From positions 62,001-126,000 of the forward strand of contig CDMY01000033.1 in assembly GCA_001179505.1 (NCBI GenBank): DNA of 64,000 nt, read 5' to 3'. This document shows positions 23,503 to 33,528 of the stretch, piece by piece (within the stretch, counting starts at the first letter, position 1; every line of letters begins with the position of its first letter). The notes below the pieces were generated by a model, which was not told the origin of the DNA, ran no database searches, and worked only from the letters and a program-made list of their open reading frames with translations. A program made the position numbers and the translations under genes. The stretch is from Vitrella brassicaformis CCMP3155. Lineage: Eukaryota > Protista > Chromerida.

Positions 23503-26134
23503 TTAGTTGCTTGTGCTGGTGTTGTTGGCGGCGCTTTGCTGCTCGGCCACCCAGCGATCCAATAGGGACACAAGATCTGACCACAAACAATCACACACAA
23601 ACGAACGACATGCACACACACAATTCTCTCCCCACGAACGCACTCACCCACCCACCTGGTCTCTCTTGTTGCGTGAAGATGCGGAGTGCGGCGCGTGTGA
23701 CGCTGCCGTGTCGCGTCATGACCATCGCGTTGATGTCGGGGTTGGCCGTCACACTGAAGGCCGCTGCGCCGCCGGCACTCTGATCAACCACACACACAGA
23801 AGTGGCTGCGTGTTTCCGTGTCACTGTGTCTCTCGTGAGTGAAGTGCCGACTTTGAGGATGTTGACGATGCACGACGAGTAGCGAATTGATGCGGCAGCT
23901 GGGATGCAATCAGCCGCCTTGTGCATGCCCACGATCTTGACACCAGACACACCATCCACCACCACCTCACCTGAGCACGACACGACACGACACGACACGA
24001 CAAGACAAGACACGACACACAGGTGTGCAGTCCCCTCTTATCTGTCTGTCCATCTGCCTGTCTGTGTGTCCTTACCAGGTCGCGCGAGTGCAGTATTGCT
24101 GGAAGTCAGATCCACAATGCACTTGCCGCGGCCCATCACACGCACCTGCAGCATGGACACACACACATACAGGCAACACAGTGAGTGTCTGTCTGGTGTC
24201 AGTCTCGGTGCTGGCTGTTGTGCTCTGGCTGACCAGTTCTCCATCGAGTGTCTGGGGGGCCGTGTTGTCTCTGTTGGCCGCCGAGCAGATGACCAGATCC
24301 ATCGACGGCAACACCTTCATCAGCATCGCACGCTGCGCATCGAAGTCGCTGCCGTCGCCTGACGTCGATGTGGCAGCGTGCCAGGGGTCGATGTACCGCA
24401 CACCGCGAGACTCCAGGCGGGCCCTGGCATCACCTCCGGTGTCAGTGTCAGTGGCAAACACACAAGAGCCCAGAACTGATATACACACACCACACATGAC
24501 GCATATTCATGCAGAGAGAGGCCAGCACCACCTCATCTCTGTGTGTGTCTTCGTCTGACCGTGTTTGGCTGTCGCGATAGCCTGGCGAGCTGCGACGTCT
24601 GATCCGATGACCAGCACCTTGGGCGAGTTGAAGGATGAAGTGCCAGTCAGCGCGCCGAGAGCATGGATGCCCTCGATCACGGCCTGATTGATGGTCACGA
24701 GAAAGGAGAGAGGAAACAGTAGTGCATTTGTTTATCTGTGTGTGGGTGTGTTGTGTTGTGTTGTCTTGTGTCAAAGGGGGAAGGAGGTCGGGTACTTACT
24801 TGATGGCCGTCGAGCGAGGAAAGGGCGGATTGGACGTCCATGGCGCGAGTGGCTCTCGTGTGGGGGAGCTCGCCGACAGCCACCGCGGTGATCTTGTTGC
24901 TGCCGAGATCGAGCAGAAGCTGCTTGTCGCCAGACGCTGTCATGTTGCACACCAACACCTGCACCATCGTGCACCAAAGAGATCAAAGGCTGGTGGTGTG
25001 GTGGTGTGTTGGGGTATGTGTTCACCTTGTCTCTGTCGTTGGATGAGGAGCCCATCTGCTGAGCCTCCATGGCCGTCGGCTTGCCCACCTGCATCATGAA
25101 TGGATGGAGGTTTGGCTTGCAAATGAATGCATTGCTTTGTGTGTGGCGTACCTTGACGACGATGTCTGCCTGTTGGATCGTGTGCTGCTTGGACGCCACT
25201 TTCGGCGCCCCAGAGCATGTAGTCGCTGTCGCTGAAGCCTGCCGACTCCCCCGCACCCGTCTCGAGGACGACCTCGAACCCCATCCGACGCAACTGCGGC
25301 ACGGACCTGGGAACTACAGGCACACACCAACACACAGCATGCACACATTGACGCAAGACTTATCCTTCCCCTCCCCGCCTCCCTTCTTTCTGTTTGTCTG
25401 TCAGGCGTGCTTATAATGCATACCGATGGCCACCATCTTGGTCGCGGACTCCTTGATGACGCCCACCTTCATGCGCGGCGCCGGCATGATGGTCTGCTGC
25501 ACCCGCTGCTCACGCTCCTCCTGCTGCTCCCGCTCACGGACGAGTGTTGCGGCCCAGTCGACCTGCGCGCCGGGTCGACGGCGGGCGGGCGGCAGGGGCG
25601 GGTACATGTAGCTGTCATCTTCGTCACTCGTCAACTCAATCGGCGGATACTGCATCACACACACACACATGCAGAGAGGGGCAGAGTGAGTGAGTTAGGA
25701 GCAGTGCCTGTCTGTGTGTGTCTTTGTGTCTGTTTGCACGGCTCACGTCGTCTGTGTCTGTGTTGTGGTCTCGCGTGGGTGTGTCATGGTTGCTCAACGA
25801 CTGCTGCGGTGTGTCATTGTGACGCGAAGACGAGGGCGCAGCAGACTCAACACGAGCTGCACACGCCAAGCAGAAGCAACACAAACAACACAAATGAGTT
25901 TGTGTTGGCGTGTGAATGAGTGAGTGAGTGTCGCCCTCCCTCGTGGTGCTTACGGGCAGCTTCTTTGCAGACGAAGGTTCTGACGAAGTCCTCGGTGTCT
26001 GCGTCAGGCACCTCCACGTTGTAGGGCGTGTCTGCATCGGGCGGGTCCGTCAATCCCATCTGCCGAGCCGCCTCACGGTCCCACTGCAGGATGAGGGACC
26101 GACGCCCGCCGGTGCCGCCGGCACTGTCAGCCAT
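23503..26134 (-). pseudogene. Frameshifted copy of the NAD(P) transhydrogenase domain-I-like gene
   Basis: Same exons as 43887-46506, but with a 1-nt insertion at ~25200 (gccacTTTCGgcgcccc vs gccacTTGGgcgcccc) that splits YMLWGA from QVASKQ. Could also be an assembly error. Confidence 0.75.
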
Positions 26135-26454
26135 GGTCAACGGCAGCAGGCGATCAATGAGAGAGGGGAAATGACCAAACGAGCCGAACAGTCACGAAAC
26201 CGAGCCAAAAGCGACGATTGAAAGCTGGCCGCGAGGTAAAATTCGAGAAACCAAGCATGCATTGATCGGTCAAAGTTCACGACCGCCCCACCACCTGCAG
26301 CAGTGAATGCATCAGACAAATTGACCATCCAGTTGGATGAATGTCATCAGATGCCTCAGATGACTCAACTGACCCTTCTGTGAGTCACAATGGACAGTTG
26401 ACTCAACCTCGCGGTCATTTCGAGCCGTGATTGGTCGGCTCGGATGGCTGATTT

Positions 26455-26596
26455 TTTTTCTGTAGCTGATTCCGTTGCGGTTCTGCTCGGACACGTCAAG
26501 ACAAGTCAAGACGTCATTTGCCGTCCCGTTGCGTGTGCTCCAGCAGATCTCGAGGTGGCTCTTCCGATCTCAAGCACGCTCCCAACAATCATTCAC
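26455..26596 (+). repeat. ~145-bp dispersed intergenic repeat, copy 2
   Basis: See 3436-3583. Confidence 0.9.
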
Positions 26597-27191
26597 GAGG
26601 CAGTCAGAGTCAGCGCATCAGTGAGTAAAGCCAATGGGCGCGGTGAGCGCTTCTACGGAAGGGAATCTCTCCCAACCAACCTCACTGACTCGCCTTGTGT
26701 CAAGCTGAATAGCTTGGAAGCGAACAGGAAAAAAAACAAACGGCTAGCAGCAAACCCTGATCGGACACTTCTTGCCCACTGGGCGAGCCACAGCAAAAAC
26801 GTCAGGCCCGGTTGCATTCATTGAGTCTGTTTGTGAGGTTATCGGTTTGCGGTTCATTTTGCTTGTGTACAGAGTGATCGGGGTGGGCTCATTGCTCAGC
26901 GGACATAAGGAAAATGTTTATACGGTGATTGATTTGACCGATACTTACATTGAATTGTTTCATCATGGTCGCGTCCGCCCGGCGTCTTTAATTCCTCCCT
27001 TCCTCCCAGGGTCTGTCCGTCTGTGTTCGTTCCTCCTGACAACCCGGGCCCACTCTCTCTCCCGCTTTCGCGTACTGACGATCGATCACTCACGGGCAGC
27101 GCTGGACCCCATCTGTGTGTCTCAGTCACTCAGTTGTTCACTCACCACCCCATAGACAGTGGACATTCGGTTTTTTCATGCGTTCGATGGA

Positions 27192-29504
27192 TCACCTGCC
27201 CGTGTCTCCCATGGCAGTGTCGCGCAAAGCGGCGAAGAAGTCCAGCTCCTCCGCGGGGACCTGAGACGGCAGAAGGCTGCCTCCCACCGCCAGCCTGTCC
27301 CTGAGCTTGGCAAGACCCGGTTTGATGTCGTCCCCGAACCGCCCGCAGGCCTTGACCATCCTCGTCGTGATTCCCTTAGCGTACCTGCGGGCGAAAGTGT
27401 CGTGCGTGTGCGTGAGTGTGTGTGCGTGTGTGTGTGTGTCTGTCGGTGGNNNNNNNNNNNNNNNNNNNNNNNNNNNNNNNNNNNNNNNNNNNNNNNNNNN
27501 NNNNNNNNNNNNNNNNNNNNNNNNNNNNNNNNNNNNNNNNNNNNNNNNNNNNNNNNNNNNNNNNNNNNNNNNNNNNNNNNNNNNNNNNNNNNNNNNNNNN
27601 NNNNNNNNNNNNNNNNNNNNNNNNNNNNNNNNNNNNNNNNNNNNNNNNNNNNNNNNNNNNNNNNNNNNNNNNNNNNNNNNNNNNNNNNNNNNNNNNNNNN
27701 NNNNNNNNNNNNNNNNNNNNNNNNNNNNNNNNNNNNNNNNNNNNNNNNNGGCTGATTTCTTACTCGAAGACCGCAAACGAGTCGTTTAGGTCAAGTGTGC
27801 ATCGGTCTTTCGGTCCGTGGCGCAGACGGTCTCCATGAAGGAGACGTCGATCAGCATCAGGGAGTGAGGGCCTAGCTCCGTGAGAATGTACTCCTTGTAC
27901 GCGGCGCCGTTTCTTCGAGGAGCGACGGTACTAAATTCCGACGGGAAAGACGAGATGGGCAACAGCACATTCCCTAACGCACACACACACACACACACTC
28001 TACACACAGAGAGGCGGACACACTCAGAGACACATGTGGTGGCCGCCAGACGGCAGGCAAAGACGCCTCTCACCTGGATTCAGATCTGCGTGCGTAGAGG
28101 TCACACACAGTGCACACGTGCCAATCCTATGTCGATCATGCAGCTCCCTTAATGCATACCGCAGTGTGCCAGGTTGTGGCTGTGGAGTTGGTACATGCCT
28201 GTGGCCAGAAGCGCGATGACAAACGATCCAAATGGCATCTTCTGCTTGGCCCCCGTGGCAGGGTCCAGCAGCACATTCACGCGGCGGCGCCACAGGTCGG
28301 TTGCAGATAGCTGAAGTGTGAGGAGTTCTTCCAGGGAGATGCCTTCGAGACGCTGCATGACCAGGTGGTTGTCACGCAGCTGAGAAGGCAGCTCTGCAGG
28401 TACGCAAGAAGAGCGCGCGTACGTAAGGTTGGTTGTCTTGTCTCGTCTGCCGACGGATTATGGTCACTGACGTTTGATGACGTTTGGCTGCAGCGGGAGG
28501 ACACGAGGGAATTGGGGCAGATCCATTTCGATTTTTTGACTGTCGATGGTCGCCCAAAGGCTGTCGTACACTGCATACATGGAGAGAGACACACGTCCTT
28601 CTCTTACACGCACACACGCAGATAATCCATTCATTCGGTAGCGCGCACTTCTTTTCTCTCGTTGCAGCTCCTTTCTCCCCTCCTGCAGCGGGTCCTGATC
28701 AGGATGTGACAGCACCGCTGCAAACCCGATTTTGATGGCCACCGGCGATTCCGGATAAAGGCTTGAATGGCAAGAACACCGCTGAAGCATGGTATGCCGT
28801 ACCGCCGTCTCTAGCGTAGCGAGAGACACCGTACCGCTATCCAGACGATCTCGTGAGTCCTTGGGAAGATCGGCGAAATTTACAGCGGCTACATATGCAT
28901 TTAGAAGAGAAGACACACGTCAGGAAGACAAATAGAGCACTCCCTCCTTGCATCAACTGTCCTTACAGCGTAAAATCTCGGCCAGGACAACGACCTGACA
29001 AAGCAATAAAGCGGTCCGAGCCGTCCGAGCCAGGCAAACGTGCTGGGTGCGGCGGGGCCTACCGCATTGTTTCCCCGCATCGACCTGTAGTCACTATTGG
29101 AAACAAGAAGGAGACAATCGTGAGATGGTGTCGTGTGGGAGGAGGAGACACGAGAAACACCCCTGCTCTCCCCAGCTCACTCAATGCGATAGCGTGGCAC
29201 AGCCGCGAACGCCGAATTCTAGTCCCTTGTCGAGCTCACCGAGCATGTCCCGGTGCTTCTTCCAGAAGTCCTTCAGCAATGGATCAATCTTTTGGGGCTC
29301 GGTGCGAAGCTTGACGTTGCAGTAGACAGGTTTCAACCTGCACACCTCACGCACCAGCAAGCTGTAATCCCACTTGTCACCCACAGCTGGCGCATCAAGC
29401 CCTTTCCTGCCGTTAAGGGCGGGGACAGACAAGACAGTGCGGCCGTCCACAAAGACCGACGAGGCAGCAGTGAGGATGAGTGTCTGCAGGCCGACCGAAA
29501 GCAT
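27192..29504 (-). CDS. Divergent protein kinase-like gene with hydrophobic N-terminus (possibly truncated or pseudogenised)
   Basis: Phase-consistent spliced model: MLSVGLQTLILTAASSVFVDG...; LDSGTVSLA (Gly-loop position); PVAIKIG; ELQRE (alphaC); LVMQRLEGISL (hinge); LHSHNLAHCDLNPGNVLL (catalytic loop); LMLIDVSF (DFG position). An in-frame TAA at 27786-27788 and a gap obscure the C-lobe. Confidence 0.62.
27450..27749. other. Assembly gap (300 N)
   Basis: Exactly 300 N. Confidence 1.
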
Positions 29505-29754
29505 TGCAACCTTAGTTTCTGGCAGGGCCCGGGCGGCTCTGAATCGTCGGCACAATAAGACGGAATGGGGGCTGCATGCAATTTCCTGTCCGGGGGAGTT
29601 GCTGGCCGGTCGAGATGCGCGTTCAACCGCAACATCCCTAACACCTTTGGCAGATCTCCACTCCTCTCACGTGACTGTTCCGAGTCTTCCAACCGGGAGA
29701 GATCGTGCTTCAAGCCGGCCCGACGACAGCTGCTCCTCCGACTCGATCCTCGAT

Positions 29755-30054
29755 ATGGGTGTGTTCGACTTCAGAGCGCTGTTAGGGAACCAGACCGACA
29801 CGCCCGAGATCTACGAATTTGAGCCCTGTGTCACGTACGGGCTGCAGAGTCGGCGGCGGTTTGACATCGAGGCCTTCATCCGGGGCATCAAGAGACAGAT
29901 TTGCACGAGATACATGCCCAGGGAGATCTTTGAGGGCGTTCCCGGTGTGAAAATTCCCGAGGATCAAAGAGACAAGAGGGTCGTCACACTTGACCTGCGC
30001 TGCATCAAGGAGGCTCAAAGTACGCCATCCTACCAGTCAGTCATCCACGGATAG
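29755..30054 (+). CDS. Small intronless hypothetical protein (~99 aa)
   Basis: ATG-started MGVFDFRALLGNQTDTPEIYEFEPC...VIHG* with C/G-ending codon bias like host genes. Head-to-head with the kinase gene. No family recognised. Confidence 0.4.
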   Translation: MGVFDFRALLGNQTDTPEIYEFEPCVTYGLQSRRRFDIEAFIRGIKRQICTRYMPREIFEGVPGVKIPEDQRDKRVVTLDLRCIKEAQSTPSYQSVIHG

Positions 30055-30084
30055 CCTCATCGTCACAAGCAAGAAACAAAGAAA

Positions 30085-30216
30085 CGCTGCGGTTTCTGCT
30101 GCCTGCACCCTTTACATGCGATCGGCCAGTAGGCGTGCGCGCTTCTATGTGTGGCAGTGACTCTGATACATCAATCGACGTGTGAGCGGTCAGAAGCACG
30201 TGCAACCACAGATCTA
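30085..30216 (+). repeat. 5' pseudo-LTR (132 bp)
   Basis: Identical to 34982-35113 except for 2 substitutions. No target-site duplication seen. Confidence 0.95.
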
Positions 30217-30369
30217 CGTCTGTAAGGAGGAGATCCAGCCATTGGTGTTCCTTCTGAAACGTTCCTTCACCCTGTCTCCGTCCTCGTTACCCGTACTCAT
30301 CTCCCGCCCCCTCTGCCGTTCCCCCTGAGTGACCCCCACGCGCTCTAGCGCACCTCGCGCGTCTCCCTC

Positions 30370-31689
30370 ATGGCGTCCCAGCGCAACCCGGATCTCTTGG
30401 CAGATCTCAAGAGATCTACCACCACCGGCAGCACTGCCATGCGTTTTGGTTTCCAGACGTTCGGCAGCGCCAACCCGTTCGGCAGCGTCAACCCGAGCCC
30501 ATCCACGCCGCCCAGCACGCCTGGCTGCGGACAATGCCAAAGCGTCCGCCATCTCAACAGCCCGCTCAACCCATTCCGCGTCGGATTCAAGAGAAACGAC
30601 CGCTTCGTGGCGTGTGTAGCCATGACACCCGCCATCGAAAGTGCCATCAATGGCGGCACCAAGCAATACAAGCTCGTCGACAACGGCTACGCTCAGCTCA
30701 TAGAAGACCTCACCCAGCCCAAGCAGGACACCCCCAATCCCCTCATCGGCCTCCAACACCATGAGGCCGAGATCCGAGGCCTCAGCAGCGGCATGATCCA
30801 TCTCGCTGCCATCATGACCATGCGACTCTGCAAGAAGCACAACTACAACACGCCCCTCCAACGTGGTGCTAGTGACAATGCGGCTGCCGACAGATACCTC
30901 ATCAACCCGATGAATCGCGCAGATGTCCACAACCCACTTGCCAACGATTTGACGGCTGCCACGCACTGCGTCGCGGAGCTCGGCAACTTCCTCGTCAAGA
31001 ACGACAGTGACACGGCAATGGCGCTCATGCAGGCGCTACCCACCATCCTCCAGGACTTCGCCACCCGGTCAGTCCCTTCCTCCGGCCGCAGACGCAAGAC
31101 CCCATCGGCCGCGGCTGCTGCTGCTGCCGCCCCACCGGCAGATACGGAGCCGTCCTCTCCCTTCACCCCCAATGACCTGTTCGGCAACATGGACCATGAT
31201 GAGCAGGACGCCGATTTCGAGATGTATGATGACGACGTCGCCATCCCCCGTCGAGACGTCATCCCGTCCGCCCGCTACAAGACGCTGCCCACATTCCAGG
31301 CCCGCATCGCCTCCATCCCCGCCGACCTCAAACAATTCATGGGTGAGGCCGCAGCACCCAAGGACATCGTGCTGCTCACGAGTGCGAGCGACTGCACGAT
31401 CGACTACCCCAATGTGTTCGACGACGTCACTAAGCAGCAGGCTACCCTCTTCGCCAGCCAAATCGCCTCTGTGCTTCCCCCGGCCAAGACACCACGCGCC
31501 CACACCGCCCAGGACCTCCTCCTCAGCTGGGGCAAGCGCATCGACAATAGCGCTGAGCTCACAATCAAGGACGTCATCAACTACGTGGCCATCCACTATG
31601 CCATCAACCTACGCGCCGGAGTCCCCTTCCGTGCGTCCCAGGGACCATCAGTCACCACACGTGGTCGCACACAGAAGAAAGCTGACTGA
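30370..31689 (+). CDS. ORF1 of the Penelope-like element, 439 aa, unknown function
   Basis: Intronless ORF with strong C-ending codon bias, lying between the terminal repeats. Ends at TGA 31687-31689, in frame with the GIY-YIG ORF. Confidence 0.85.
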   Translation: MASQRNPDLLADLKRSTTTGSTAMRFGFQTFGSANPFGSVNPSPSTPPSTPGCGQCQSVRHLNSPLNPFRVGFKRNDRFVACVAMTPAIESAINGGTKQYKLVDNGYAQLIEDLTQPKQDTPNPLIGLQHHEAEIRGLSSGMIHLAAIMTMRLCKKHNYNTPLQRGASDNAAADRYLINPMNRADVHNPLANDLTAATHCVAELGNFLVKNDSDTAMALMQALPTILQDFATRSVPSSGRRRKTPSAAAAAAAAPPADTEPSSPFTPNDLFGNMDHDEQDADFEMYDDDVAIPRRDVIPSARYKTLPTFQARIASIPADLKQFMGEAAAPKDIVLLTSASDCTIDYPNVFDDVTKQQATLFASQIASVLPPAKTPRAHTAQDLLLSWGKRIDNSAELTIKDVINYVAIHYAINLRAGVPFRASQGPSVTTRGRTQKKAD

Positions 31690-31723
31690 TGTAAGGCGCC
31701 ACTGGAGCTTCGCCCCCAGTGGC
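31687..31723 (+). promoter_or_regulatory. Candidate recoding signal: TGA + 8-nt spacer + hairpin
   Basis: TGA tgtaaggc GCCACTGG agcttcgccc CCAGTGGC: perfect 8-bp stem (31698-31705/31716-31723) with a 10-nt loop. Function inferred. Confidence 0.5.
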
Positions 31724-33528
31724 AACAACGCACTCTACCTGTGCTGCCTGCGAATCCGTTTTCCTCGTCTGTTGTGTCTGTCTGCTGTAGATCTGACTAT
31801 GTATCGTCATCAGTCGGATCGCCGCGCGCGTCACCCACCTTTTCCCGTTGCGCGTGTTGTACTACTGGGCATAACTCACTCACTCACGTACACGAACAAG
31901 GGGCTGCCGTCCACCCATCTGAGCATGCAATCTCGTTGCTTTTGTCTGCGTGTGAGAATGTGTGTGCGAAGCTGTCGAGTACTCGTCAGGTCTTTCGTTT
32001 TCTTCGGTTTATGTCACGTGTCCGCCACCTACTCCACTACTTGCGTACACATACTCGCTGCTCTTACTGCCGTTGCACATGGCGTACGTGCCGCTGTGAG
32101 TGTCTTTTTATTCTGCAGCCAACACACTGTGAGCCTTTCCGCAGGGTGCGTTTGGACGGCTTACGTGATTTCGCCTCACTCTGCACTCAACGCCGCCTGA
32201 CACCATCGTCCATCAAGGCTCTCTGTATGCGTGTGTTCTCTATTCAACCTCGTGCGATGTGTGCTCTTGTATCACGCACCCCCACCCCTTTCCTGCGTAA
32301 GATCCATGCAATGCGAGAGCGACTGGGTGCCCTTTTCGCACCTGGCGTACATGATATGAAACATGGCCTGTACTTACTTTGTTCGCCTTGGTCTACTCAC
32401 TCGTATTTGGGCTTCACGGCGCGTGGATATGTTGTTCGCTGGGATGAGCATGTCGGTCATGCATTTCATTATGGCACTCGCTCTCGATCTTCGCAGCAAC
32501 ACTTGTATGGCTCTCTGTCGCGTCATGATGTGTGTACGTATGCATGTGTTCCTTTGTGTTCATTCGATACGTTGCGACTTACTATATCTCAGATGAAGTC
32601 GATCGAAGCACAGGCCATTGATGTATTTCAACCGTCGCTCAACACACAATCGTCGTCTCGTCATGACTTGCATGCGCTGCATCGCCCCCGTTTTGGCCCT
32701 GCATCTGGCCGTCCTCGTATGGTCCGTGGCTTGCGTTTGAGGTATCATTCGGTGTCTTCCATGCCGCCTGCTTTGCCTTTTCGTGCCTTTTCCCCCATTC
32801 ATCCATCTGCTGACTCACTCCCCTCTGCATTGCTGAATTCGTCTGTGTCACCACCCACCCTCTGTGCCACTGCTGCTTTGCTTGCTCGTCGTCCATCCCC
32901 CAGCCAGGCTATCCTTGCTGCGATTCGTGCATTGCCGGACGCTGACAAGTTGAATGACATGTCGTGCTTCCGCCAGGCAGCGATTCATGCCATACGGTCT
33001 CTCCTGTCTGAGACTGCTTCATCGTCATTGTTCCATGTCCAGGCAGCGTTCATTCCATCTGCGTGTCCATCCATCACGACTCTGTTTTACAATGCTAAGC
33101 GAATGGCGTCTCAGCCTCTCTCACAAGTTGTTTGTCCATGCCATTTGCCTCACTTCGCTCAATGGCCACGTATCGATGGGCATGTCTGTGTACGCCTGAG
33201 TGACCCATTCATGCGTGACGTTCTGTCTGTCCCACTACACTGGAATCGCAACAGTACATGCTTACCTACTTTCTCGGCGGTTAAACGTCAGTTTCGTTCT
33301 GTCGTGTTGCGTCTCTTTCGTCGTATATCTCAGCCAGAGCCACCCGCGCACGTGATCGATCAGTGTGCTGAGTCTGTGTTGCGCCCTGCGTACAGCCAGT
33401 TAGCCGGGTCGGGTCGTTTTCTTCCAATGCACGATGTGTTGCGTCACTCTACCCTTCTTCGCTCACTTGCATGTGCTCCAGTTGACAAGAGCAAAGGTGA
33501 CATGGCATGGATGTGCCCACTGCAGTAG
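31690..33528 (+). CDS. ORF2a: Cys/His-rich segment, GIY-YIG endonuclease (32365-32643), CxC linker (33133-33141) and start of the RT
   Basis: Stop-free frame from the ORF1 TGA to TAG 33526. First in-frame ATG only at 32011. Motifs as listed. Confidence 0.88.
   Translation, partial: CKAPLELRPQWQQRTLPVLPANPFSSSVVSVCCRSDYVSSSVGSPRASPTFSRCACCTTGHNSLTHVHEQGAAVHPSEHAISLLLSACENVCAKLSSTRQVFRFLRFMSRVRHLLHYLRTHTRCSYCRCTWRTCRCECLFILQPTHCEPFRRVRLDGLRDFASLCTQRRLTPSSIKALCMRVFSIQPRAMCALVSRTPTPFLRKIHAMRERLGALFAPGVHDMKHGLYLLCSPWSTHSYLGFTARGYVVRWDEHVGHAFHYGTRSRSSQQHLYGSLSRHDVCTYACVPLCSFDTLRLTISQMKSIEAQAIDVFQPSLNTQSSSRHDLHALHRPRFGPASGRPRMVRGLRLRYHSVSSMPPALPFRAFSPIHPSADSLPSALLNSSVSPPTLCATAALLARRPSPSQAILAAIRALPDADKLNDMSCFRQAAIHAIRSLLSETASSSLFHVQAAFIPSACPSITTLFYNAKRMASQPLSQVVCPCHLPHFAQWPRIDGHVCVRLSDPFMRDVLSVPLHWNRNSTCLPTFSAVKRQFRSVVLRLFRRISQPEPPAHVIDQCAESVLRPAYSQLAGSGRFLPMHDVLRHSTLLRSLACAPVDKSKGDMAWMCPLQ

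Larger units (their letters stand above)
22565..26190 (+). repeat. ~3.6-kb segmental duplication, derived copy (other copy ~42918-46565)
   Basis: Colinear direct-orientation similarity over the RING exons, the intergenic cassette and the whole transhydrogenase-like gene, including introns. Confidence 0.92.

Noticed and set aside
31007-32200. 397-aa overlapping +1-frame ORF across the ORF1/ORF2 junction
   Set aside because: S/P/R-rich shadow translation expected from C-ending codons and A-poor sequence; no recognisable motifs.
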